DNA of 64,000 bases, taken from contig NW_025964001.1 of assembly GCF_023055435.1 (NCBI RefSeq), positions 39,990,001 through 40,054,000 of the forward strand, in the 5' to 3' direction. The position numbers and the translations under genes were made by a program. A model generated the notes under the pieces. That model had not been told where the DNA came from and did not search any database. It was given only the letters and a program-made list of their open reading frames with translations. Shown in pieces: positions 48,877-63,234 of this stretch (position 1 is the stretch's first letter; the number at the start of each line of letters is the position of its first letter). This DNA comes from Haliotis rufescens. Its lineage: Eukaryota.

Positions 48877-51800
48877 ACGTGTCGAACATACGGTTGTCTC
48901 AACGAAGAGGCTTGGTCCCTGCGTTTAAATCTTAATTCATCTGATGTGTCGAATATGACATGTCGAAGTTACGGTTGTCTCGAAGTTAATTTCCACTCCG
49001 AAACATGTATTTCCAGCACAAAGTTTACTCTGAAAAATGGATTTGGCCAAAAACGTTACAAACGTTATCAACATGTTACTAGGCTGAAAACAGTCGTCGA
49101 AACACTGCCAACTTGAGGTGAAAACAACTGTGACATCGAAGAACTATTTATAGCCACCATGGAACATGGGTGTATACCTTTTGTGCGTGGCAGTTTGTCA
49201 TGTGGTTTCAGTGCACTGAACTTGCCTTCTGCACATAGATATGACAGCTGCATGACCATACATGATGCAGATAAAATATAAGATAATTAGATTATGGATA
49301 TTTACCAGGCACAGATGTATTTTAGAAGATTTATTGGTTTTAAAATTGAAGCTGATTTGAATACAAATACAAAATTTGATATACATCTCTTTCTAAAATG
49401 CATTTGCTCTCCTTCTGTATGTCAAAAATTGAATTAAAATGATTCGCAACCTGAAGTTTGTAGAAATTGCAATTGAAATAAATCATAAATTTATATTTTC
49501 AGAGGAAAAAACATTGTTTTGGCGTTTTAATATTTCTACACAATGTTTTAGGTCTGATACGTCTAAAAACGCATTTGGAGCCTTTGCCCGCCCCTTCACA
49601 TTTCTGAAATTCTGATTGGTTGATATAAGAGAAGTAAATAGGAGCCGTGTGCAAAAGGGGTGCAACCAGGAGCGTGGCCGAGGCGGAGCTATGGTCAAAG
49701 CTGCTGACCATCACTGACCACTGAGTGACCATCTCGTGGTCAGCTGATCAATAAGCTATAACGACGCCCTCCAACCAAGATGGCGGTCAGTTGATGGCCG
49801 CGATCTCTGTTGACCACTTAGTAACTGCTCAGTTGTGGCTAATCGGACGCTGAGGGGTGGACTTGCACCCGTAATCTCGTTAGGTGGAAACGAAACGCAT
49901 TATGTAATATTTCCGTAAAACAAATAGCATCCTTGATTTATGTAGATATGATAAGATGTCGTTGATTTGAGATGAATGTCGACAAGCAATTTTGTCCTTT
50001 ACCGATGACCTTTTGCAAGTGACAGATTGAATGTATTCATTTAGCCCAACGAATAGTCAGAAGGTCATTCTTCTAATGAAAGCAGAACTCTTGTTATACT
50101 ATATTGTTACTCCCTGAAACCAATACTTGTATATCCAATACAGTCCACGTAAGTCTATAATAGTTTGCAAGTCTAGATTACTAGTTTCAGAGAGACTTGA
50201 AGAGAGTCTCTGGACTCCATTTTATATTTTATTAAAATAATTTAAGAACTGTTTTTCTTTAAAAAAATTAAATTCGGAGACTTGATGTTAGTTATTTTTT
50301 GGAGTACGTAACACGGAACATTGTGACGTCTCTGTTTTTCTTAATGGTAAGGGAAATGTCAGATGCAAACTACTTTATGAAAAAATCAAATAAATGGTTG
50401 TTGATCTTTTTTATGTATCACACTTTGACATCAAGTCTTTTAACACAGAAACCAACATACAATCAATTGGCGCAGATTCTAACCTTGCGAGGTGTACGAA
50501 CCACAAATATAACGGGCGAATGTGATTCTACAGTCCGTTAATTACATTGATATTCTGTGAGAACACATTCAGAAAAGGACAAAGGGAACTAATACCTTTT
50601 ATTCATTTCTTGCGCAAACCGTTAAACTATATCAGATATATATGACGCCAACGAGATAAAAATCAGACTCGGTTATCTCCCGAAGTAGGTTCCTTGGGCG
50701 TAAAAGGGTAAATAGTGGTGAAATTTATATGGATGGATCACTGGTGATACCAGATGTTCGCGAAAGCATGTCCTGCTCTACTGGTAGCAGCCACAAACAA
50801 TTTGTATAAAAAGTCAGTATGTAAACAATCCTTTGTGATTGTTCTAGTTCGGTTAACATTGTGCACGCTCCGATGTTAACAGCCTAGACTTTCACAAGTC
50901 ACTACGGCAATAATTATTAGTTTTTATCATAATTTCTAGATTGTATTAATAATAAGGACAAGCTGTCCCTATAAGAGACTGACGTCCTTACAAACTGTCC
51001 GCTTATCTAGACTTGCCTGAAATGAGTAGAATTACTATACTCATGTTGACTTATAACTTAGTACAGCCTTGGAGCAAGGCTATTAACCCCATATGATGAT
51101 ATGCGGGTGAGGCATGCATCCACCCCACAATGAGTTCCAAATAAATCATACTTATCAAGAGAACCGTATTGTGTCATAAAGATGCTGATTTGAGAACAAA
51201 TCTACTTACATTTGAATAATTCAGACACGTCAGGAGAGGTTGCCAAAAGAGGGCGACGACCATGTTGAGTTTAGCTGGCTTAATGTAACGACATATGTCA
51301 ATGTCAGCCATTTTGTGGTGAAATGAAATGCCAACTTTTTACATCAAGTTAAGAAAGCAAATACATGCATTGCGCCCTTAATACCATAAGTCATTCGTTT
51401 ATCGCCGAACCCAAATCCATCTGTGATCAAGCCAATTATTCGAATGTAAGTGACAGCATGTTTTCGGGTTATTCACAAAAAGACATTTATAAGTTGATAC
51501 ACAAGATGATTTAAAGACAATTTCAGAGGTCGTTAAGCAGCATCCTCTCTGATTGGCGTCTCAGCCAGGCCACGAAGAGCGACCGGTGGACCAAGAACGT
51601 GGTATTATCTAGGCCTATCCACTCATAGCCCACCTAATGCATGGTACTGCTTGCTCGCAGTCAATGGTAACTGGGGCTGCACACTCTACATAAATCACGT
51701 ACACTTCATTAAACACGGACATGGTTAAGCGGAACCCATTTCGCCACCTTTTGTTGCGAATGTTGCACCCGTCAATAACGCAGGCGATATTGACTGAGCC

Positions 51801-52777
51801 ACGCTTATTGCATAATCGAAACACCCACTGGAATATTCTCTAGTACTTCTCTGGCGTTAATATATCTCGCAAAGTTTCTCCGTCTTTGTTTTCAAGTTTT
51901 ATTAGAATTATTTTTTCGAAGCGTGATACCACAGTGGTTATGTGTGCAATCGGACGTTCTTTTGCAAAACGGTATTTTGGAAATGCTAAATGTTCAACTT
52001 TAATTGTAATTTTAAATTCAGAGCAGACATTTGTAGATGCATTTGTGTTTTATCAGTAAGGAAAAGTGTTAACAATCTCTTCTCAAAATGTTGACTGTTA
52101 CAGAACTGATTGAATATATTGCGGAAAAAGGGCATGGTTTCAAAACGCCATGCAACTTTGCCAGTGATATACATAAATAGGTCAGTCGTTCTGTACAAAA
52201 CAATTTTTGTATTAAACCCGAAGGGCACATTGTTGAAGAAAACCATGATGTTATGATCAAAATAAATCTACTAATTAAAGAATTACCCCTTTTTTGTTGT
52301 CTCCCATTTGGATCTATTTAGAGTTATCCCCTTGGGAGAAAAGTAGTACGTAATACTTTGATTCCAAGCAGGATATTGCTTCGCGCATAGGCCGAGTCGG
52401 GTCAGCCGCGCAGATTGAACATGCAATATCGTAGCTTCCTTGCAACATATCGCATTACACGCTGATTTAACTTCATTGAATCAGATTAAAATTATTGCCA
52501 TCCAGAAATATTTCCAATTTAGTTATCACTTTAGGTTGGAAAAGAAAATGACGTTTCAGGAAAATGTGGTTAAGAGAAATGTGGCCAACTGATATGCCGC
52601 CTGTAATATCTGTGATGAATTGTTAAGCCGCTATATGACATACTAGAGGTTGGTCAGTGTGTCAGGACCTGGGGGTGCGTCTTTCTCCACATCTCCGGTA
52701 ATGGGAATAAGTGGATAAACCAGTGCCACGGAGATCCGGAATGTCATAAGAATTATGTCTGTATCATATAACTGTTT

Positions 52778-53208
52778 CATTCGTGACCAACTCGTGTTAT
52801 TCCGGGGCAAGAAAAATACCGACTCGTGCCTCTTTTTTAGGCCATTTTTGCGACTGGGCTCCGTCCAAGCGCAAACGGGCAACACTAAAAGAATTGTCAA
52901 CTCGTGGACTACTTCCAACGTATATTTCCCCCGTATCTATAATATATATTGCAGATGTTATTTGCAACACATCGGTCTTCAGTTGTTATACGTATGATTG
53001 AACACATTTAACTGTATCTTGGGTATATTTTTAGATACAAGACGTGGGTAACATCAAAAATTATTCCTGAAGCATTCCTTGACCGAAGTGCTTGATGTCA
53101 AACGCGCATTCTGATTGCTTGGTCGTATTTTTGCCCATAACTGTCATCATCGACAGTGGGACGAATTTTCTTGCAGGTTACGGAAAGGGGCAAGCGGTGA
53201 CGAATAAT
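52778..53208. mobile_element. MITE, inverted relative of 43831-44259
   Basis: cattcgtgaccaactcg ... ggtgacgaat ends. Confidence 0.78.
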
Positions 53209-53480
53209 AAATGTTTATCTGGTTGAAACATAACGAGTAACTCAGTAAGGGACCGTCATATATCACATGGGTGGGTAAGAGGTTTTTGATGCACTAATGT
53301 ACTGAAAATAATTACCCGATGACCCTCCCCACGTCTTTTTAAATGACCCTCCCCGAAAAGAAAAAATACAAAATCACTTAATATTTTATTTTATAATGTC
53401 TATGTCATGTGTGTACACCTCGAGGTTAATGATAATGTCAGTGTCAAGGACCAGGTCATAGTACAGTAGTAAAAACAAAG

Positions 53481-53542
53481 GTGAGATGAAATGGGGTTTA
53501 ACGGCGCGCCCAAGATTATTGCACTTATATGGCGACTAGCAT

Positions 53543-53631
<89 letters not shown>

Positions 53632-53857
53632 TGTGACTTGTCCGCCGGACATATGCCGATTTATAGTGCTAACCCACTGAGATACCATGCCTTAGTTTAA
53701 CATGAATATCCGTCTCATATACAGTATACTCTGAGCCGACCAGTCCTTGTTTTAGTCCCTTAATGCCGAGCGCCAGACAGGGTTACAAAAAGTACCATAT
53801 TTTATCGTAGGCCGGACCTTCCGCTCTCCGGGCGGACGCTCTACCGTGGAGGCGGGC
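53481..53857 (-). mobile_element. SINE family C with expanded internal (GT)n at 53547-53629
   Basis: Reverse complement of the 54206 and 55658 copies. Confidence 0.85.
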
Positions 53858-54205
53858 GTAAGAAAAAATTCTACGACCGTAATAGTCAAAGAAATAGTTT
53901 GATCTCGTGAATTTGAGAATGCCAACATCATTGCTTACATTACTAAAGTCATTAAGCCTAGTCTGTATGTAAGACCCTAGAGAATATATTATATTATTTA
54001 TTTTGTAAATCTATATTTTTAAATAAGATAACTATTTCTGGGACTAAATGTCGTCATTAAGTCATTAAGGGCACACTCCGTGCGGGGGATTAACGATCCC
54101 CTACCGAAATAATATTTTCAATTGTAATATGTTTTCATGTATGTTTTCTGATATACCTTCTTTATTTTATTATTTTATTTATATGTCTATTCTATTATTA
54201 TTGAC

Positions 54206-54447
54206 GACCGCCTCCGTGGTCTTGTGGTAGAGCGTCCGCCCGGAGATCGGAAGGTCCGGGACTCGATCCCTGGCCGCGTCATACCAAAAGACGTTAAAAG
54301 ATGGTACTTGTTGTTACACTGCCTGGCGCTCGGCATTAAGGGGCTAAAACAAGGACTGGTCGGCTCGGAGTCATTATAATGTATCTGAGTGGGGTATTCA
54401 TGTTAAATTGCGGCGTGGTATCTCAGTGAGCAAGCACTATAAATCGG
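54206..54447 (+). mobile_element. SINE family C (tRNA head plus Meta/MESC-like domain), cut by the gap
   Basis: gtcataccaaaagacgttaaaagatggtacttgttgttacactgcctggcgctcggcattaaggg. Confidence 0.88.
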
Positions 54448-54576
54448 NNNNNNNNNNNNNNNNNNNNNNNNNNNNNNNNNNNNNNNNNNNNNNNNNNNNN
54501 NNNNNNNNNNNNNNNNNNNNNNNNNNNNNNNNNNNNNNNNNNNNNNNNNNNNNNNNNNNNNNNNNNNNNNNNNNNN
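54448..54576. other. Assembly gap (129 N)
   Basis: Run of N starting just before where family C carries its (CA)n tract. Confidence 1.
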
Positions 54577-54845
54577 TGAAGGGTAGGTGCCCCAAATCCT
54601 TTCTCAGTTCATTTTACTGCAACATCATACTACATTATGTTTTCAAAAATGAAATGAAAACAAAACCCACCTACATTTACATAACAGCAAGTCTAGCCAT
54701 CTCTAAATCAGCATCAGGAAAAAATAAACTTCTAGAGGTAAGAAATTGTGTCTTTGTCATGACATACTGGCATACCTTTGACAAGTTTAGCAATATTGAT
54801 AATTTACTGCTACTAGAAATGGTATACTATGTGTTCATATTTGGA

Positions 54846-55510
54846 TTTTTAGATCACCTGACTGAAAGTCAAGTGAGCTTATGTCATGGCCTGTTTGTCC
54901 GGGGTCCGGCGTCCGGCGTCCGGCGTCCGGCGTCCGGCGTCTAGTATCAGTCGCCAGTCGTAAACATTTCCGCAGAAACCACAGGACCAACGGAGCTGAA
55001 ACTTCACAGGCTTGTTCCCACCAATGATGACATCTGAAATTGTTCAAGAAGTTTTTAGTTAATTTGTAATATGGCAGCCGTATTGAAAAAACTATATATG
55101 GAAATTACTCAGTCGTTTTTGTTCAAAAGGTTATGAAATTGGGTACATGTGTTTCCAGTAGTAGGCCTGTATTTGCTATCATTAAAATTTTGACCTTGAT
55201 TTAACCTTTGCACTTCAACTATACTGAAAGCTGAAACTTCTTTTGGTCATTTCTCGGGCATTCTTTTTCAAAATGAGGATGAAAACAAAATGTAATAAAA
55301 CATGAGTAGTTAGTAGTTGGGCTCAACACGTGTTCCTTTTTCAGCAATATATTAAATTTTGACCTTTATTTGACCCTTGACCATGCTCCTAAATTCCCTC
55401 AAAATGCATATTTGACTGTGTAGACTTCTCTGAAATTACAAGAGTGACGGAGCTGAACTTGGCTGGTAGGGGTATCCATTAACAGTTCTTTAGTCCTCAG
55501 TGAGATATGA
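54846..55510 (+). mobile_element. Helentron/DINE-1-like non-autonomous element (3' boundary uncertain)
   Basis: T-run, tagatcacctgactgaaagtcaagtgagctt stem-loop, then (gtccggc)n microsatellite and tgaaactt / tgaccttga core motifs. Confidence 0.7.
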
Positions 55511-55657
55511 TCAGATAAGATAACATATTTTTTGCGTAACAAAACGTAAGAAACAGTGGCAATATTCTACCACTATATGCACAGTAAGTGTGTGCAACAA
55601 ACACATGCACATTCCGCATACAAATGAAGTACATTATAACAAATTCATTTTAAAACA

Positions 55658-55959
55658 GACCACCCCCGTGGTCTCGTGGTAGACTGTCCGCACGGAGACG
55701 CGTCATACAAAAAGACGTTAACAGATTGTACTTGTTGTTACCCTGCCTGACGCTAGGCATTAAGGAGCTAAACCAAGGACTGGTGGGCTCTGAGTCAGTA
55801 TACTGTGTCCGAGTGGGGTATTTATTTTAAACTGCGGCATGGTATCTCAGTGGGCTGGCATTTTAAATCGGCATAAGCAGCCACACACACATGTACACAC
55901 TTCGCGATATAAGTGCAACAATCTCGAACGCAACGTTAAACCCCACTTCACATCACAGC
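55658..55959 (+). mobile_element. SINE family C with B-box deletion
   Basis: TSD cattttaaaaca at 55646-55657 and 55960-55971. Confidence 0.88.
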
Positions 55960-58900
55960 CATTTTAAAACAAATATAATACAATGACAGTGCTTATGCAG
56001 GAACGTTTTGAATATCAATGCTTTTGAATAGCAACTTTTCTTAAATGTCTGCCATTGTTAAAATCATAAACCGTTGAATACATATTCAGTTGAAGTACAG
56101 CGTCGTAGCACTGTTTTTATTATAAAGTTTGTTCGAAATATTGACAGATAAGCAGAAATTGAAAATATTCCCAGATTCTATTATTTACATGATGTCGTGA
56201 CATTACAGGAACATTGACTATCTCGTGTTACAGGCTCGGCATTTTCACTTGTATATTTTAGGGGGTGCATATTTTCAGCAAATTTCGTCAAATTATTTCT
56301 TTATCAATTTCCTAACAGATTTGCCCGCACGCCATTGTCGTCTCTGCCGGGGGAGGTGAAGTTGATATAATCATAATCGCCTCAAAACAGCTCTACACTC
56401 GGGCAAAAATTGCAAAACCACACGTGCTTAGCTTTATCTATGAACGTATTTCAGTTAGCCTCTGATGGTCGCACACATCCATTAGTGCATGTATTAGTAA
56501 TACCTACCTATGCTGTGAGTGTATTGTTCTCGTGAAGTACAGACAATTAGGGATAATCGTAAAGAAATATTTCTAGTAAGATACAAATGACAAACGTTCG
56601 GCTGCCATTATCTGATTAGCTGCCAGTAAGTGGTTAAGATAACAGCAACGATCACGTTGGAATTTCAATATTTTCAGCGCTATATCATGAAAACCGGAAT
56701 ATAATATAGCAAACTGCCTCGGTGAAAGAAAGTATACACCCATGTTTGATGGTGGCTAAAATGAACACAAACAAGAAAAGGTTACACGTATTAGATGGTG
56801 ATATGTTTGATACGGGTATCATAGTTGTGTTTTGGACCTTACGTTTTCAGTGTTTCCGCGACTGTTTTCAGCCTGGAAACGTTTTGATACCATTTGGAAT
56901 ATTTTTGGTCAAATCCAATTTTCATACTTTCTTTTGTCCGTCAGTTCAATTTCTTGATGTGATTGGATGTGAACGTCTGCTTCTTGTGATGTAACGTCTT
57001 TCTGTGCAGTCGACATTTGAGGATCTGTTTGTGATATAAGTAATACATGTATACTTAAGACTCTACTGTCTCTGATACCATCTTCTGAAGTCCAGACTGA
57101 CATGGTTGTCATGTAATCTTCACTCAACAAATTGTCGATATTTAGGCCAGTTCGGGAATTCAACAACAAGGACTGTTTTATAAAAACATAATAATATGAT
57201 AATACGCTGGAAGAGAGTTAATCAGTGAATGGGTTGTAACGTCATTGTTAGAAACAAGATTACTGAATGAGTGAGTGAGTATTACTCAAGGTGAGAACAC
57301 CAAAGAGTGAGTGTTTATTGTTTAATGCCGTCAATCTTGCAACAATTCGCGGTGAGAAGACACCGAAGAAAGACGCTGACATATAGATTAATGCTACCAG
57401 ATTCACATAGCTTAGTACGCAGGCTATGAGTTCACATGTGATAACCCAAGGTTATAAGGTCGTAAAGATGGCGATAATGACGCCCCAAACACGAAAGATC
57501 ACATTCATGCGTGACGCACTCAGAAAACATCATATTCATGAACAATTGAACATTTTTACCTTTTCCCTTAAGTGTAGTTTTTCTGTGAAAAAAAAAATGT
57601 CATTCAACAAATCAGATGACTCAATGACTGGGTCCAACAGTCCTTTTAAGAAATCAAATAACCCATTTTTCTCCCCTCTTTTGTTAGAAAGCTCCCCAAG
57701 TGACTTCATTGTATTTATTAAATGGTTATTCGTAGTCACTAGTCATCCAATGTCAGTTGTTGGAGACTAGTCGTGAATGGGAACATTAACATGAACAGGT
57801 GTTATGTTTTCTGCAACAACATCTAAATGAGTATGTAGAACTTGAAGGAAGAGAGCAAATAGAGACGCTAAGTTCCACGGCCACCATCTTAGGTGTATTG
57901 ACACAGTGCCTCAGATCACGGACCTTCTGTCTTGCCTGCCCTGGGCGATTTGGGTAACCTTTGCATCGGTGATGTCAGACCACGTGACTTATGGTAGGAA
58001 CCATATACCGAGTTTATTTACACAGTTCATACAAAACATATGCAAACATCAAGCGGTGAATTATTAAGAAGTCGTTTCATTATCAAATATGTACGAATCG
58101 ACGCGGCTTTGTAATCAAAACATGTTCAAAATGTCATCGAGAGAAAAAAATCCAGTTTCAAAAGTTTGTTTGTCCTAATTTTTATCACAAAGACTTTGAC
58201 CACAGCTGTTGTAATTTTCTAAATTTCCAAATATCTTTAGCCACGTGACCTGTCGTCTGCTCGAGATTGGTGCACGAGCTCTTAGCGGACCAAGTCCCGC
58301 CCTCCACGGCTAGAGAGTCCTCACTCTCACGACTAAGTGAAAACTGACACTTCCTAATTGTCCATATTCGAATTATGGGATTTAATAGCTAATATTGTAT
58401 CTTTTTCCCGTCTTGCCCCGTCAATACCCGGTTGAATGAGTTTAGCGGTGTTGATGTCACTGCTCTGATATAATGAGGGAGCAAAATGGCGGTGTCGTTG
58501 ATAGAGCCGCATCGACGATCCCCCGGTCACGTCTGGGTCCCGGGAGCGCCAGGTGTGAGGTGGGGAGGGGCACTCTTGAGGGGCAGCGTCTCTCTGGGCA
58601 ATGATTAAACGTACAAGTATTTTGATTGCCTGTTACCTAAGACTTCTTGTAGTTGCGAGAAGCGGGGTCGGAGCATTGATCACCTGTTCGGCTGAGGACC
58701 GGGATTCGTGACGGGCCCCTCACAATATCCCCCGGAGCTACTGCATCTCATAAAGGGAGATTGTTTGAAACTTTCTTACTGTTAACCACCCATTGCCTCA
58801 TCATGGATGGTTTGTTTTTAATGGATAATATAATAAGGGTAATAGTCTATTGAAATATTAAACCCCACCAACCGTCATGATTTCCGTAACTATTAATTGA

Positions 58901-59084
58901 TTACATGGTGCGTGGATGTGGAAGGAAACTAGTTTATTAATAAAGTGAACGAGGTAAATTGTGTTGCGATATCTGACCCAAGGCTTTCTAGTTATTCACA
59001 TTCGTATCTCAACACTCGACAAAAACACCAGGTGTTGCGATGACCAAAGGCACATGTATTGTCCCGAGTTGTGGCTTGGCACCA

Positions 59085-59770
59085 TTTGCATGACACGCCA
59101 TGACACATCATGGCACACCATGACACATGACACATCATGGCACGTCATTACACGTGACACATCATGGCACGTCATTACACGTGACACATCATTACACGTG
59201 ACACACTATGCCACATCATTACACGTGACACATCATTATACGTGACAATTCATGGCACACCGTGACACGTAACACATCATGGCACACCATGACACATGAC
59301 ACATCATGGCACGTCATTACACGTGACACATCATTACACGTGGCACATCATTACACGTGACACAATATGCCACATCATTACACGTGACACATCATTATAC
59401 GTGACATAATATGCCACATCATTACACGTGACACATCATTATACGTGACAATTCATGGCACACCATGACACGTAACACATCATGGCACACCATGACACGT
59501 GACACATCATGGCACACCATGACACGTGACACATCCTTGCACATCATTACACGTGCCACATCATGACACACCATGACACGTGACACATCATGGCACATCA
59601 TTACACATCATTGCACGTGACACACCATGCCACATCCTTACACGTGACACATCATAGCTTATCATGGCACACCATGACACGTGACACATCATGGCACATC
59701 ATTACACGTGACACATCATGGCACATCATGACAACATGGCAGATTATGGCACATCATGACACATCATTGA
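59085..59770. repeat. Minisatellite of 10- and 7-bp subunits (27-bp super-unit), CACGTG-rich
   Basis: Recurring acacgtgacacatcatggcacaccatg. Confidence 0.93.
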
Positions 59771-60114
59771 ATACTGTTCATGCAACACAATTAGAGGTTT
59801 ATAGTCTCGCTGGGCGTTTTACTCAGTGTCTGTCTCGACCAGGATCGTAGAGGTACCGAATAATTTTTGTTTAATAAAAAGATGTCTTGACAACAAACCA
59901 CCAGATCTCAAAATGTTACTAAACTCAACATTTGCCTCATTATTAGACATTCCAACGGTTTCGTGAATCGGAGAAACAAGTCAATACGCAGTGGTCCACT
60001 CTTATTTACGTATAAGTGTCTAACAAGTTGAAAATACAACAAAACTGATTCGTGAAACGAATAATCTGATGATCTAGACCATTGATATTCTGTGTTAATA
60101 GTCACGAGTGTCAT

Positions 60115-60367
60115 TAAGGCGCCGTAATTCGTTATGCAGAACGAACGTTATTGCGTCTATTGGGCACGCCAGAAACCTATGATCGTGCGTTCGAATCCCG
60201 GTTCAATTGACTATGTTTCTAGCTTTGTCATCAACCTACCGGAGGGTGCCCCAGAAATGTAAACGTCTGAGACCTGCATCACATCAGGCTTTCCTCCCAC
60301 ATTAAGCTGACACGCCGTGATATAACTAAAATACTGTTCAAAGCGGCGTTAACCCCAACTCACTCAC
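60115..60367 (+). mobile_element. SINE family D, 5'-truncated
   Basis: TSD tcacgagtgtcat at 60102-60114 and 60368-60380. Confidence 0.85.
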
Positions 60368-60538
60368 TCACGAGTGTCATGTTGATCCGAGTACCCAATG
60401 TAAGCTATATGAAAAGTAACTACATTTAATTCAACAGTTGCTGGATATGTATATCTATATATTTGTCTAACGCGAGTCATCATTCTCACAGTCCATTGAA
60501 CTATAAAACACTCATACAATATTTTGTCATTGGACTAA

Positions 60539-60706
60539 GAGTGAGTGAGTGAGTATGGTTTTACGCCGCTTTTAGCAATATTCCAGCAATATCGCGGTGG
60601 GGGACACCAGAAATGGGCTTCACACATTGTACCCATGTCGGGAATCGAACCCGGGTCTTCGGCGTGACGAGCGAACGCTTTAACCACTAGGCTACCCGAC
60701 CACCCC
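60539..60706 (-). mobile_element. SINE family A, full length, near consensus
   Basis: Reverse complement of 2704-2869. Confidence 0.92.
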
Positions 60707-62249
60707 GAAGCCAGTTGAGGGGAACACTTTGTCGATAAGGGTAGTCTACTGCACATGTAACAGACGCCATCGCGACACCGTCCAACAAGGTGAACAGGTA
60801 CATTTACACATCAGTAGCTTAGATTAAGTTTTGACATTGTAAGGATGTTTTTGTTTTAAATTTGTAAGTAACAATGTGCATAGGCTCACCCACCTCGATC
60901 CATTCCGGCGCACCCGACCACATAGACTCAATTCCAGCTGGTCGATGCGACGTTAAATTTTAACTCACTCACTCAATTCTAGCTATACCCAGTTATGTTA
61001 TCAATACATCTCATAATCTTCATATTAAAGAAGCTATCTACTCATTTAAACACACGTTGTGCAAATTTTATTATGCACAAAAAACTGGAGCTTTTTGTAC
61101 AGGAGATTTCAGCATGTCTGGGAACTATACTGTTTACATTTCACACACGGAAATGTAGACAAAACTTTGAATAAACAATTCAAAAGTATTCTTTGTCTCA
61201 ACCGTACTCACATGTTGGTTACAAACCCGAAGCAGAGTGATTGTCATGCAACAACATGGCCGACGTGAAACGGCAGTCGCCGCCTTCTCGCCGACACGGT
61301 TGAGAGAAACGATCTGTGCACTTGAGTATATTCTTTCAAATATTCGTGCTTCCGTTCCAACTCGAGTTTATTGTACGAAAACAACGCTTTCGCGTAGTTG
61401 ACTGGTTTTAATTACAAGTCGTAAAAGTGTAACAATCGGATCGGCAGTCAACTGCAATTATCTTAATAGAGACGGCAAGTTTCTTACAATTAAAGAAGCG
61501 TTGTTTTATATGGAAAAGTACCAGAAGTCATATGCAATGTTAATAGAAGTATTTCTCACAAAATTGTTTCAGCATTAATGCGAGATGTAAAACAGACGGA
61601 CTCAATCAGATGAAATCACCACTATCAATCATGCTCGTCCACATTGCGATTACAAGATCTCCACTTAAATGTTCTTCTTGAAATCCTAAACAGTAATTGC
61701 TAGGCTGTGCAATACACTAGCGTTTGTCATTGTCAGCGCACGAGTTAGGGCGCCGTCTTCGTGCATATAGGCCCTTCTCATTGCGATTTTATGCAATGCA
61801 CATTATTAACGTCATGTATGGTAGTGCAATGGTTAGATGTTCAGCCATCTTGGTCTGTTCAAGCATCCCTGTCAATACTTTGTTACGTTATCAAGATGAA
61901 GCACTGAAGAAGGTGAGGTCAGTGTTTGAAAACACTTGTATAAGGTACTATCCAGCACACTCTTTCTTCGACGATTTCAATTAACCTCAAACGACTCTTG
62001 CTCTAAAGTTGTCTGAACAGGGTAACACTATTTAAAACCTTAGTAAAGATTTCAAAATGGTTCTTGGTAGACGTGGGGGACATTTCCAAATTTGACGCGT
62101 CAGTGACACAAATGATATCCGATGCAAATCCCTATTTGACTTGTAATATGTACCCGTGTTTTTTAGGAAATAATTGATTTGACTTTGCATGTGTTTGTGA
62201 CGAGTACAACTGCTGGGACAGGATGCGGTCATCTTTTCGCGAACACCAT

Positions 62250-62615
62250 GTGGCCCTTGGCTGGTGTCATCACTATTTGACGTTGATTCATAAACACATG
62301 TTTATGATATAGTCGGATGTGTACAATGCACTCTTGTGCATATTTACCCTCATCGTTATCAGGTATGTACAGTATATGGACAGGCATCGTGATCCCTGAC
62401 ATTAAAATGTGTAGATCTTTTCAACGCCGGTCTTCTATTGTAGTCATCGTCCAGTAACGGATATTTTGTCTGAAAAAAATGCTGTTCAAACTTGTGTCAA
62501 TGGAAAATACATCCATAATCGTAAAACAAAAAGCTCCATTGTACGATTCCGACTACACCAAAAGCATGTGTTTATGAATCACTGTCAAACAGAAATGACA
62601 TCAGCCGAGGGCCAC
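62250..62615. mobile_element. MITE with long TIRs (about 50 bp clear, extending to about 80 bp)
   Basis: gtggcccttggctggtgtcat...gattcataaacacatg mirrored by catgtgtttatgaatc...atgacatcagccgagggccac. Confidence 0.85.
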
Positions 62616-62958
62616 TACATCGTTGTTTAAGTCAAAATGGAGAGCTGAACGTGAACACCATATTATATAATGAACAGATGGCCACAGGGTATGACCTGGC
62701 TGATTGTGTACTATCGTACTCTGATAGCGTAAAGGTGCTTATGTTGTCGATCACTGGTTTGCCTAACACAGACTCTGGGCATTACATGACTCCGTACAAT
62801 AGCTGGATTATTACTGGCCGCGGCGTAAAACAGCATTCATTCACTCACTTTGAATATCATCCTTGACATGGAAACACCATCACATATTGTATAATACGCC
62901 CAACATAGCCATTGTTCTCCAGACCAGTATCACCTTTGGGAAGGTCACGAAGCTTGCC

Positions 62959-63234
62959 GGGGGCGCGGGTGGACCAGTCGTCTAAGGCGCCGCGATTCGC
63001 TGTGCAGAGTTGCGTCCCTTGGGTACGCCAGAAATCTTTGATTGTTGGTTCGAATCCCGGTTTGCCCCTATTATGTTTCTAGGTATGTCAGCACCATACC
63101 CGTGCTCCTGGGTTTCACCGAACTGGTAAACGTCTGAGACCTGCATCACTTCGGGCTTTCCTCCCACATTAAGCTGACACGCCGTGATATAGCTGAAATA
63201 CTGTTAAAAGCGTCGTTAAACCCAACTCACTCAC
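62959..63234 (+). mobile_element. SINE family D, full length (tRNA-like head, V-domain-like core)
   Basis: gtggaccagtcgtctaaggcg, ggttcgaatcc, gggctttcctcccaca, (TCAC)n tail; TSD tca(c/t)gaagcttgcc. Confidence 0.88.
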
